Source: Thermoplasmata archaeon
GTDB taxonomy: Archaea > Thermoplasmatota > Thermoplasmata > RBG-16-68-12 > EA-27
DNA length: 44,286 nt
Direction: 5' to 3'
Assembly: GCA_035283165.1 (NCBI GenBank)
Contig: DATEUK010000009.1
Coordinates: 1-44,286, forward strand
The notes beneath the pieces were generated by a model. That model was not told the DNA's origin. It ran no database searches and saw only the letters and a program-made list of their open reading frames with translations. The position numbers and the translations under genes are program-made. The stretch's first letter is position 1. Each line of letters begins with the position of its first letter. Below, in pieces: positions 31,113-39,338 of this stretch.

Positions 31113-31664
31113 GTGGATGAGTGGACCCAGTTCGGGGCCCGCCAGCGGGAGGCTTCCGTGGCGAACATCGAGGACGAACTCTTCACGCAGCTTGCCTTCG
31201 GCAAGGACCAGACGCTGGAGGAGGGACGGTCCTACATCGTGAAGGAGCGAAAGCCGGGCCGGTCCTGGGATCACTTCACCCGCGCGCTCGACGACGGGTG
31301 GGAAGGCCTCTACGTCACGCGCCAGCACCCGAACCACGTGGAGAAGCGCCACGGGCCGAAGGCGCTCAAGGTCGTGTGGCTGTCCACGACGCTCGGGAAG
31401 GACTACGTCGACCCGCACAACCTCGGGGCGCTCACGAACCTGATCAATGCGTTCACGGAGACCGCGCGGCGCGCCGTGATCCTGATCGACGGGCTGGAGT
31501 ACATGATGATCAACAACGAGTTCGCCCGGATCCTGAAGTTCGTCGAGTACCTCCACGAGATCGTGATGCAGCGGCGATGCATCCTGATCCTGTCCGTCGA
31601 CGAGCGGGCGTTCGAGCCGCGGGAGATGGCGTTCCTGGAGCGCAGCACGGTCCCCTTGGAGTAG
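31113..31664 (+). CDS. stand-alone DUF835-type protein (P-loop-less RecA/KaiC-like fold suspected), copy A
   Basis: GRSYIVKERKPGRSWDHF...GLYVTRQHPNHVEKRH...VVWLSTT...VDPHNLGALTNLINAF...AVILIDGLEYMMINNEFARILKFVEYLHE...ILSVDERAFEPREMAFLER. GTG 31113 is taken as the start; GTG 31158 is also possible. Confidence 0.7.
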   Translation: MDEWTQFGARQREASVANIEDELFTQLAFGKDQTLEEGRSYIVKERKPGRSWDHFTRALDDGWEGLYVTRQHPNHVEKRHGPKALKVVWLSTTLGKDYVDPHNLGALTNLINAFTETARRAVILIDGLEYMMINNEFARILKFVEYLHEIVMQRRCILILSVDERAFEPREMAFLERSTVPLE

Positions 31665-32195
31665 TCACCCGCTCAGATCGCCCTGCACCATCGGGAAGGC
31701 GCCGCGCAGCTCGGCGAGCTCCTGCACGGTCAGGGTCCGCGTGTCGATGGGGATGACGCATTCCGTCCTGCGGCCGCGAAGGGTGCGCTCGAGTGCGTGG
31801 AGGAAGTCGCGGACCCGCTCGTACGTGTTCATGACCATGAGGAACTCCACGCCGTCGATGAAGACCGCGCCCTCCGGGTTCTCGACTAGGAACCGCTCGA
31901 TCAGGCCCCGCATCTTGCCGAGCTGGAAGGGGTGGACCGCGCGGCCCCCATCGGCGGTGACCAACCAGTAGTACCGCGCGAGGGGCATCGGGTGGCGTCG
32001 TTCGACCCGCTCGGGCGGCTCGCGGGTGATGCAGAGGACGCCCTTCCGGCGCGCCGCAAGGCGTTCGATCATCCGGTAGCTCAGGTCGGGCCTCCGCTCA
32101 TCGATCAGCAGGATCCCGCCCGTGCCGAGCGGCTCGAGGAGCGGTAACACGGGAATAACGTGGGCCCTTGGCGTATAAGTAAGTGACATGAACAT
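31665..32195 (-). CDS. stand-alone DUF835-type protein, copy B
   Basis: GGILLIDERRPDLSYRM...VLCITREPPERVERRH...YYWLVT...VHPFQLGKMRGLIERF...AVFIDGVEFLMVMNTYERVRDFLHALER...VIPIDTRTLTVQELAELR. ATG at 32195 or 32189. Its stop codon directly abuts the stop codon of copy A. Confidence 0.7.
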   Translation of the reverse strand: MFMSLTYTPRAHVIPVLPLLEPLGTGGILLIDERRPDLSYRMIERLAARRKGVLCITREPPERVERRHPMPLARYYWLVTADGGRAVHPFQLGKMRGLIERFLVENPEGAVFIDGVEFLMVMNTYERVRDFLHALERTLRGRRTECVIPIDTRTLTVQELAELRGAFPMVQGDLSG

Positions 32196-32213
32196 GTTCC
32201 CGTCTGCGAGCCA

Positions 32214-32221
32214 TTTAATAT
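32214..32221. promoter_or_regulatory. single AT-rich TATA element (TTTAATAT) in the 48-bp divergent region; candidate shared bidirectional promoter
   Basis: The centre (32217.5) is 26.5 nt from ATG 32244 on the plus strand. It is about 26-28 nt from ATG 32189/32195 on the minus strand. Confidence 0.5.
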
Positions 32222-32243
32222 CCCAACGACCATCGAATCCTGC

Positions 32244-34934
32244 ATGCCAGGGAAGAGGTACGCCCACCTGCGGAAACTCTATTTCATCACGGAGGACCGG
32301 ATCCTCGTCCACCTCCTCGACTACATCGGACGCGAAGGCGAGCTCAGCCAGCCGGACGATATCACCCAGTTCGGCATCGCGGGCGCGATCGGGCTCGGGC
32401 GCAGCACGGTCTCGAAGGCGATCCGGCGCCTTGAGGGGCAAGGGTTCATCACCGCGCAGCGGGCGCACGTTCCCGCCGGCAAGCTCCGCCGGACGGTCTA
32501 CCTGCTCACCGTGGCCGGGACCTCCAAGGCGAAGCATCGACGACTGGAGATCGAGGAGGACGCGATCGCGTTCCGGGACGCTCAGGGGGTGGACCGACGG
32601 CTGCGGGTCGGGGAGGTCCCCCGGCTCCTGCCGGAGTACGCGAGTCTGCTCGACGTGATGGCCCACGTCGCCCGGGGCGTGTTCGACGCGGCCACGTATG
32701 AGCCGCAGCGCCGCCAGCGGCTCGTCGACCTCACGGACGCGGTCCCCCGCCTCCGCTACTTCTTCGGCCGCGTTGCGGAACTCGCGGCCATGGACGCGTT
32801 CCTCGCGTCCCCGTCGGCCAGGGTCCTCGTCATCCAGGGCATCACGGGGATCGGAAAGACGACGCTCCTGTCCCGGAAAATCGAGGGCTGGCGGGGGACG
32901 CACCACATCCTGTTCCACCGGGTCATGGAGTGGACGACGCTCCGGAACGTGCTCCAGAGGATCGCGGAGCTCCTGACCCGCGTCGGGAAGAAGGATCTCT
33001 CGCACTACCTCGAAGCGAAGCCCACGGCGGACATCGAGGAGGTCGTGTCGATCATCGCCGGGGGCTTGGCGGGCGCGCCCGCGGTCCTCGTGTACGATGA
33101 TGTCCAGAACGCGGAACGGCCCATCCAGACGTTGTTCACGGGCCTGCGGGCCGCCCTGGACGGCGTGGCGGGGGTGAAGCTGATCGTGGCGGGGCGCCGC
33201 ATCCCGCCGTTCTACGACCGCCGAGACGTGCGGGTCCGGGGGACCGTCCACGAGATGCCCCTGGCGGGGCTTGACCTCGAGTCGAGCGCGCAGCTCTTGG
33301 ACGTTCGGAACCTCGCGCTCGCTCGGGACGAAACGGAAGCCCTGCATCGGCTGACGCGGGGGCACCCGTTGTTCCTGGAGCTCGTGGACTCGGGCTCGCT
33401 GTCCCAGGCGAAGGACGTCCACAAGTACCTCGAGGAAGAGTTGCTCGCCCGCATCACGGACGCCGAGGCGAAGGTCCTCACGATCGCGTCCGTGTTCCGG
33501 TATCCCGTGCACGCGGACGGCCTCTTCGCGGACGACGCCGTCCACGCGGCGACGGTCCGCGGACTCGTGGACCAGTCCCTCCTCCGGGAGGTCGCCTCGC
33601 ACGTGTACGAGGTCCACGACGCGCTCCGGATGTTTTTCCATGAGCTGATGACGCCGATCGAGCGGCGGCGGTATCATCGGTGGGCCGCACAGTTCTTGCT
33701 TTCCCGCCCCGACGGGGACTCGCTCGAAGCGCTATACCATCTCGTCGAAGGAGAGGAGACCACGGGGGCGGCGCGATTGGCGGTGAAGGACGGCCGCGCG
33801 ATTCTCCGGAACGGCCGGTCGGAGGAACTCCTCCGGCTCCTCGAGAGGTTGCTCCCGACCGTCGAAGACCTCGCGCAATCCGCGGAGCTCCGACTCCTGA
33901 AGGCGCACATCCTCAACGTCCGAGGGGAGCTCGACCAGGCGGTCGGTCTGTATGGGGAGATCCTGCTGCTTCCGGACGAGCCTGCTCTGCAGATCAAGGT
34001 CGCCGAGGCGCACCGCTTCCTCGGAGACATCCTTCGCCGTCAGAATCGGCAGGACGAAGCCGAGCAGCACCTCGAGGCGGCCCTGCGGCTCTATCGATCT
34101 CTTCAGAGTGAGAGTGGCCAGGCGGAGTCGCTGCTCTCGATGGGCCAACTCGCGGAGGATCGCGCCGACTACGCGCGGGCGGAGAAGTCGTATGAGAAAG
34201 CAATCGAGATCGCGCACGAGCTCCATATGGACGCCTTGGAGGCGGACCTCCACGACGCGTTCTCGCGCATTCTTGTGCCTCGAGGCGACTTTACAGGGGC
34301 TCTGGACCGGAAGCAGCGCGGGCTCGCGATTGCGGAGGGGCTGGCGGACTGGCACCTACAAGCACGCATGCGTGTCGCGATGGGGACAATCCTCTTCGAA
34401 CTCAAGCGGTACGACGAGGCAATGAGAGCGTACGGCGAAGGCATCGAGACTGCGCGCAGGATTGGCGACCTTCGCATGCTTGCCTATGGATTGTACAACG
34501 CGGTTGGAACTCACATACGTCAGAACGAATTGATGCGCGCCGAGTCGTACCTTCGGGAATGCGAAGATCTCTTCCGCAGGCTCCGGGAACCCGTAATGGA
34601 GGCCCTTGTCCTCTATCGCCAGGGAACCCTGTACGAAATGCGGGGGAAGTGGCAACTCGCGAAACACAACTTCCGAATTGCGCTGTCGGCGTTGAGCGAT
34701 GGTGGCCACGATATGGACTTCGCGCGGACGGCGATTCACGCGTCCTTCTACTTTACGAAGAACGGTGAGAGGGCCAACGCGTTGGCTCTCCTCGAGCAGG
34801 CTCAGGTGGTCGGCAAACGCATACGAGCGCCGGGGATCGTGGGCGACGCCGAACGGAACTTGGCGGAGATTCTCCGAGTGGAGAAGGATTCGCCGTCGGG
34901 CAGAACCACACCTGAGAGGGCGAGTTTCTCCTAG
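32244..34934 (+). CDS. STAND-class signalling NTPase: N-terminal wHTH, NB-ARC-like NTPase, C-terminal TPR array
   Basis: wHTH: ITQFGIAGAIGLGRSTVSKAIRRLEGQGFITAQR...RTVYLLTVAG. Walker A GITGIGKTTL, Walker B AVLVYDDVQ, GxP motif RGHPLFLELV. TPR-like repeats run from about aa 560 to the end. Confidence 0.85.
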   Translation: MPGKRYAHLRKLYFITEDRILVHLLDYIGREGELSQPDDITQFGIAGAIGLGRSTVSKAIRRLEGQGFITAQRAHVPAGKLRRTVYLLTVAGTSKAKHRRLEIEEDAIAFRDAQGVDRRLRVGEVPRLLPEYASLLDVMAHVARGVFDAATYEPQRRQRLVDLTDAVPRLRYFFGRVAELAAMDAFLASPSARVLVIQGITGIGKTTLLSRKIEGWRGTHHILFHRVMEWTTLRNVLQRIAELLTRVGKKDLSHYLEAKPTADIEEVVSIIAGGLAGAPAVLVYDDVQNAERPIQTLFTGLRAALDGVAGVKLIVAGRRIPPFYDRRDVRVRGTVHEMPLAGLDLESSAQLLDVRNLALARDETEALHRLTRGHPLFLELVDSGSLSQAKDVHKYLEEELLARITDAEAKVLTIASVFRYPVHADGLFADDAVHAATVRGLVDQSLLREVASHVYEVHDALRMFFHELMTPIERRRYHRWAAQFLLSRPDGDSLEALYHLVEGEETTGAARLAVKDGRAILRNGRSEELLRLLERLLPTVEDLAQSAELRLLKAHILNVRGELDQAVGLYGEILLLPDEPALQIKVAEAHRFLGDILRRQNRQDEAEQHLEAALRLYRSLQSESGQAESLLSMGQLAEDRADYARAEKSYEKAIEIAHELHMDALEADLHDAFSRILVPRGDFTGALDRKQRGLAIAEGLADWHLQARMRVAMGTILFELKRYDEAMRAYGEGIETARRIGDLRMLAYGLYNAVGTHIRQNELMRAESYLRECEDLFRRLREPVMEALVLYRQGTLYEMRGKWQLAKHNFRIALSALSDGGHDMDFARTAIHASFYFTKNGERANALALLEQAQVVGKRIRAPGIVGDAERNLAEILRVEKDSPSGRTTPERASFS

Positions 34935-35077
34935 GAGTCTTCAGTTGGGGCTCTTTGGCGGGAGATCGGGATCCATGTGGGCGACACCTCCGGAGCCGAA
35001 CGGAGGCCGCCCGCTCTTGAAGATATCAAGAACATGTTCCGGTTTTCGGGACCAGAGCGGTCTCGGTAAGAGCATAA

Positions 35078-35085
35078 ACATTTAG
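35078..35085 (+). promoter_or_regulatory. TATA-like ACATTTAG upstream of arcS
   Basis: The centre is 26.5 nt upstream of GTG 35108 (leaderless). Confidence 0.45.
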
Positions 35086-35107
35086 GGGCCACAGCAGGTG
35101 CCGACGC

Positions 35108-36898
35108 GTGTTCGAGGTCCTCGCGCGATCCGGGATGGCCAGGGCGGGCACATGGACGGTTGCGGGCCGCCCGGTCGGAACCCCGAACGTCGCGTTCGCG
35201 GTCACGCGCCGTCACGCGGCGCCCGCGTTCGCGGACCTCCTGCTGAGCGAGACCCCGCTTGCGGACGTCCGGCCCACGTTCCTCGACCGCGGGAGCATCT
35301 TCCGCTCTCGGCCGGGGGAGGGACCCCTCGCGATCCCGCCGGACGCCGCCAAACCGTCCTCCCTGCCGGACCTCGAACGGCCCGCGGCCGAGGCCGCCCC
35401 GGTCGTGGTCGCGACCACCGCCAAGGACGTCGAGGCGCACCCGGAGGCCGAGGTCGTCCTGATCGGGGACGCGGTCGCGTACCTCCGGCGACCGAAGGCG
35501 TTCGTGGCGGCGACGATCGAGCTGCGGCGCGCGATGGGGTATGCCCGTCTTCTGTACGCGCCGGGGTTGGCGGTTCCGAGCAACCTCGTGATCCTCGTCT
35601 ATTGCGGCGTCGACCTCGTGGACTCCACCCGCCTCCTGCTCGAGTCCACGCTCCGGCGGTTCCACACGGCCGATGCGTTCTGGGCGGTGGAGGCGGTCAC
35701 CCCCGACGCATGCACCTGCCCTGCGTGCGCCGCCAACGGGGCGGGGAAGGACCTCGAGGGGCACAACACCCGCGCGCTCCTCGCGGAAGCCCGGTACGCC
35801 GCCATGGCCATCCGCGAAGGCCGCCTTCGCGAACTCGCGGAGCGCCGGGCGGTCACGGACCCGTGGTCCACCGCCGTGCTGCGCGAGCTGGACCTACGCC
35901 ACGCCGAATGGCAGGAGTACCACGCGCCGGTCGCCGGCGGCCCCGTCCTCGCGTACGCGCCCCAGTCCCTGTGGCGGCCCGAGGTGCTCCGGTTCCGGCG
36001 CCGCCTCGTGGAACGGCACGCGAAGCCGCCGAGTGCGCGCGTGCTCCTCCTGCTCCCGTGCTCCGCGCGGAAACCCTACGGCGAGTCACGGACGCATCGA
36101 CGGTTCCGGGAGGCGGTGTGGCGGTCCGAGAACCCGCACGCGGTCCACGAGGTGATCGTGACCTCCCCGTTCGGGATCGTGCCGCGGGAGCTCGAGCGCG
36201 TGTATCCGGTCGCGCACTACGACGTGCCCGTGACCGGGGACTGGAGCCGGGACGAGGTCGCCGTGCTCCAGGGGGACCTGCGCGCGTACCTCGAGCGGAA
36301 CCGGTACGACGCGGTGATCGCGCACCTCGTGACGGAGGCGCCGTTCGTGCGCGAGGTGGTCTCCGACGCGGTGTTCACCGCCAAGGAGCGGACGACGGAG
36401 GACGACTCGCTGGAGGCGCTCGCCGCCGCGTTGCGCGAGGCCGTTCGGTCCGTCGCCGCCGTTGGAGCGAAGGAGCGCATGCGGGAGGACCTCCGGAACT
36501 TGGCGGCGTTCCAGTTCGGTCCCGCGGGCCTCGCCCTCGTGGAGGACGCCGCGATCCGCGGGCGCTCCCCGTACGTGCGGCTGTTCCAGGGTGGGACGCA
36601 GGTCGGCATGGTCACGGACCTCGGGAAGATCTCCCTCACGCTCGAGGGGGGACGCCTCCTCTCCGAGCGGGACGCGCACTGGGTGGAGATCGAGGACTTC
36701 CATCCGGAGGGAAGCGTGTTCGCGGTCGGCGTGACGGGGGCGCACGAGGGCGTTCGAGTCGGGGACGAGGTCGTCGTCCGTCACGGGCGCGATGTGCGCG
36801 CGGTGGGCGTGGCGGCGATGAACCCGCGGGAGATGGTCGACATGAAGCGCGGCGAGGCGGTGAAGGTCCGACACCGATCCCCCAGGAAGCTTTTATAG
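35108..36898 (+). CDS. arcS: archaeosine synthase (ArcS; TGT-like N-domain, DUF5591-type Cys domain, C-terminal PUA)
   Basis: N-terminal FEVLARSGMARAGTWTVAGRPVGTPNVAF (TGT-like). CTCPAC zinc motif. LLLLPCSARKPY. C-terminal PUA-like VGDEVVVRHGRDVRAVGVAAMNPREMVDMKRGEAVKVRH. Confidence 0.85.
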   Translation: MFEVLARSGMARAGTWTVAGRPVGTPNVAFAVTRRHAAPAFADLLLSETPLADVRPTFLDRGSIFRSRPGEGPLAIPPDAAKPSSLPDLERPAAEAAPVVVATTAKDVEAHPEAEVVLIGDAVAYLRRPKAFVAATIELRRAMGYARLLYAPGLAVPSNLVILVYCGVDLVDSTRLLLESTLRRFHTADAFWAVEAVTPDACTCPACAANGAGKDLEGHNTRALLAEARYAAMAIREGRLRELAERRAVTDPWSTAVLRELDLRHAEWQEYHAPVAGGPVLAYAPQSLWRPEVLRFRRRLVERHAKPPSARVLLLLPCSARKPYGESRTHRRFREAVWRSENPHAVHEVIVTSPFGIVPRELERVYPVAHYDVPVTGDWSRDEVAVLQGDLRAYLERNRYDAVIAHLVTEAPFVREVVSDAVFTAKERTTEDDSLEALAAALREAVRSVAAVGAKERMREDLRNLAAFQFGPAGLALVEDAAIRGRSPYVRLFQGGTQVGMVTDLGKISLTLEGGRLLSERDAHWVEIEDFHPEGSVFAVGVTGAHEGVRVGDEVVVRHGRDVRAVGVAAMNPREMVDMKRGEAVKVRHRSPRKLL

Positions 36899-36909
36899 CG
36901 ACGCCCCTC

Positions 36910-37170
36910 ATGCCGCGCCCGATGGCCCTCGACGTCCTCACCGCCGTCGGAGGCGCGCTCATCGTCTTCTTCCTCCTCCTCGGCGCACTGTACCTGATCG
37001 ACCCCACGATCTCGGAGAAGCTGTGGCTCGGCGTCCTGTTCATCCTCGTCGGCGTCACGATCATGTTCGGCATCGCCGGCGCGTGGGACCTGGGTGTGAT
37101 CATCGTTGGCGCGATCGCCGCGCTGATCATCCGCGTCGTCCTCGACCGGATGGGCGTCGCCCAGACGTAG
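36910..37170 (+). CDS. hypothetical small membrane protein (3 predicted TM helices)
   Basis: 86 aa, almost entirely hydrophobic (VLTAVGGALIVFFLLLGALYL; LWLGVLFILVGVTIMFGIAGA; GVIIVGAIAALIIRVVL). TTTTATAG at 36889-36896 overlaps the arcS stop. Alternative ATG at 36922. Confidence 0.5.
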   Translation: MPRPMALDVLTAVGGALIVFFLLLGALYLIDPTISEKLWLGVLFILVGVTIMFGIAGAWDLGVIIVGAIAALIIRVVLDRMGVAQT

Positions 37171-37498
37171 ATCCGGCCACGTTCACCGCCGACGCGGCGT
37201 GACCCTCCGACAGCGGAGTACTTTCGCTCCCCTCTCCCCCGCTCAGCGCCAAATCCCACCCAAGCCTACGCCGGTTCCGAGGACGAACATGATCGCAATC
37301 GCGCATGAACCGGATCCGTGCGGGTGGGAGGACGTGTACCGCGCGTACGGGTGCCCCGTCGAGTTCGAGGACGAGCTCGACGATGACGATTAGCTGGCTC
37401 CGAAAACCATCCCGATGGGCGGGGGTTCCTCCGACTCGCCGCCTGTCACCCTTTTTGCTCCGAAGGTTGAAGATGAGCAGGCAGTTCCCTCGCGATGC

Positions 37499-37572
37499 GC
37501 AGGTGTCATCTAGTCTGGTCAGGATACAGGCCTTCCAAGCCTGATGCCCGGGTTCGAATCCCGGTACCTGCA
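37499..37572 (+). tRNA. tRNA-Gly (anticodon TCC)
   Basis: Hand-folded. Acceptor GCAGGTG/TACCTGC, D arm ATCT-AGTCTGGTCA-GGAT, anticodon stem CAGGC/GCCTG with loop CTTCCAA, T arm CCGGG-TTCGAAT-CCCGG, discriminator A. No encoded CCA. Confidence 0.9.
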
Positions 37573-37615
37573 TGGGAACGACGAATCATCCAGGGATAGA
37601 GAACGGACCGGAACC

Positions 37616-37623
37616 CTTTTGAG
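37616..37623 (+). promoter_or_regulatory. TATA-like CTTTTGAG upstream of the repeat-protein gene
   Basis: The centre is 26.5 nt upstream of ATG 37646, which is in frame with the repeat protein. Confidence 0.45.
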
Positions 37624-37645
37624 GAGACGAGCCCCTTCGCGAGCC

Positions 37646-38992
37646 ATGACGTCGCACGGGAGCGGGGGGCTCCCGACCCCGCCCTCATCTCATCGCGCCC
37701 ACCGGAGCCGAGCCATGACCATTCGGGTTGTCTTCTTCGCAGCGAGTGTGCTCACCGCGTCGCTCGCGGTGGCTGGTCCGATCGGAGAGCCTGGCCTCCC
37801 GGTTGCGGGACTCGTTGATCCGCCCGTGGGGCCGCAGGGAGACCCCAGCCAGCCCGGGTTGGAAGGCCCGGAAGACGACCCGGGACTTGCGGATTCGCAA
37901 GATCCGATGGATTCGCAGAGCGGGGAATCCGTCCGCCCGGCATCTGCGGTCGCCACACTTGACAGCGAGGGTGGCGTTGGGCGATTCCCCTCGATCGCGA
38001 TCGGCTCGGACGGCTTCGGCCTCATCAGCTATTTCGACGAAGGGAACGCGGACCTCAAGGTCGCCCACTGTGTGGACGTCGCGTGCTCCACGGCCGAGCT
38101 GACGACGCTCGACAGCGCGGACGCGGTCGGGTGGTACACGTCACTCGCAATCGGCTCGGACGGCCTCGGCCTGATCAGCTACGCCGACGCGACAAACGAC
38201 GACCTCAAGGTCGCCCACTGTGTGGACGTACCGTGCAGCGAGGCTACAACCGCAACGATCGACGTCACGGGCGGGTCCTATAGCTCGATCGCGATCGGCT
38301 CGGACGGGCTCGGCTTGATCAGTTACATGGACGCCAACAACATGAAACTCCTGGTCGCCCACTGTCTGGATGTAGCCTGCACGGGGGCCGTGGTGACGAG
38401 AATTGACAATGCGGGCTACGTCGGGGGATACATTTCTCTGGCGATCGGGTCGGACGGGCTCGGGCTCATCAGCTACCTCGGCTATCCCGGCGGCCTCATG
38501 GTGGCCCATTGCCTGGACGTCGCGTGCTCCGGGGCGACCGTGACGACCGTCGACGGCGCCGGACACTGGACCTCGATCACGATCGGCTCGGACGGCCTCG
38601 GCTTGATCAGCTACATGGACATGCCGGACGGGGGGATCAAGGTCGCCCATTGCCTGGACATCACGTGTACCACGGCCACGGTGGCGGTGCTTGACAGCAC
38701 CCTCGGGGAATATTCCTCCATCACGATCGGTCCCGACGGGCTCCCCCAGGTTGCGCTCTGCGACGGTGCAGACGCGGTCACGGCCCTCAAGGTCGCGTAC
38801 TGCGCGAACCCTGCCTGCACCGAGGCTGCCATTGTGACCGTCGACAATGCCGCCAACGTTGGGACCTACCCCTCGATCACGATCGCTTCGGACGGGTTCG
38901 GCCTGATCGCCTACAACGACGAGACGAACAACGATCTGAAGGTCGCGCACCTCTCGAACGGTCCGTCATTTCATGCTTCCGCACTCCCGTGA
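37646..38992 (+). CDS. secreted protein with Pro/Gly/Asp-rich linker and 7 Cys-containing about 46-50-aa repeats (propeller-like)
   Basis: Start at ATG 37646 (leaderless spacing) or ATG 37715. The ORF-track start 37544 lies inside tRNA-Gly. Signal/anchor IRVVFFAASVLTASLAVAG. See the repeat feature at 37978-38960. Confidence 0.8.
   Translation: MTSHGSGGLPTPPSSHRAHRSRAMTIRVVFFAASVLTASLAVAGPIGEPGLPVAGLVDPPVGPQGDPSQPGLEGPEDDPGLADSQDPMDSQSGESVRPASAVATLDSEGGVGRFPSIAIGSDGFGLISYFDEGNADLKVAHCVDVACSTAELTTLDSADAVGWYTSLAIGSDGLGLISYADATNDDLKVAHCVDVPCSEATTATIDVTGGSYSSIAIGSDGLGLISYMDANNMKLLVAHCLDVACTGAVVTRIDNAGYVGGYISLAIGSDGLGLISYLGYPGGLMVAHCLDVACSGATVTTVDGAGHWTSITIGSDGLGLISYMDMPDGGIKVAHCLDITCTTATVAVLDSTLGEYSSITIGPDGLPQVALCDGADAVTALKVAYCANPACTEAAIVTVDNAANVGTYPSITIASDGFGLIAYNDETNNDLKVAHLSNGPSFHASALP
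37978..38960 (+). repeat. 7 tandem coding repeats, consensus [YW]-x-S-[IL]-[AT]-I-G-S-D-G-L-G-L-I-S-Y-x5-7-L-K-V-A-H-C-x-D-x-x-C-x6-8-[LI]-D
   Basis: Example units: SIAIGSDGFGLISYFDEGNADLKVAHCVDVACS, SLAIGSDGLGLISYADATNDDLKVAHCVDVPCS, SIAIGSDGLGLISYMDANNMKLLVAHCLDVACT, SLAIGSDGLGLISYLGYPGGLMVAHCLDVACS, SITIGSDGLGLISYMDMPDGGIKVAHCLDITCT, plus two more diverged units. The DNA-level repeat atcggctcggacgg[gc]ctcgg[ct]ctgatcagctac recurs. Confidence 0.85.
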
Positions 38993-39331
38993 CGTGTTCC
39001 CTCTGCAGTCGGCAAGCGGCGGCAGTCCAGATATGGGGTAATCCGGAGTGAGGACGTCCCGCGGGCGGAAGTGTTCTCTCGGATGCCGTCGCTCTCGTTC
39101 GGACGCGAAGGTGTCATCTGGACATTACGGGGTTCCGCCTGTCGATGCTCGTACGCAAGGACCGTTGCAACGGCGTCCCGGAGGAGGGACACTTCCTTGC
39201 CGGTTCCGTCTGGCTCCTGGGACGACTCACGTCCGTCCGCACGGACACGACGCGCTACCCCGAGTGATGAATCGTGGGCGGATCGAGGGAGTGCACTCGG
39301 TGTGATGTCCGACAAATGGCTGACCGAAGGG

Positions 39332-39338
39332 TATAAAT
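39332..39338 (+). promoter_or_regulatory. TATA box TATAAAT upstream of the giant TPR gene
   Basis: GGGTATAAATCG. The predicted TSS is about 39361, giving a leader of about 16 nt before ATG 39378. Confidence 0.5.

Noticed and set aside
31665-33677. 670-aa minus-strand ORF
   Set aside because: Only the C-terminal 176 codons (DUF835 copy B) look protein-like. The rest is antisense to the STAND gene, whose plus-strand translation has Walker A/B and TPR motifs.
35098-37170. 690-aa plus-strand ORF overlapping arcS
   Set aside because: This is an alternative frame of arcS (Arg/Gly/Pro-rich). Only its last 86 codons form a plausible membrane protein (36910-37170).
37544-37645. ORF-track start (ATG 37544) of the repeat protein
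   Set aside because: That ATG lies inside tRNA-Gly (37499-37572). ATG 37646 has correct TATA spacing and precedes the signal peptide.
37978-38960. Regularly spaced DNA repeats that could be mistaken for a CRISPR array (also 16514-18250)
   Set aside because: The repeats are in-frame coding units of about 135-150 bp and about 285 bp with protein-level conservation. There is no short repeat/unique spacer structure and no cas genes.
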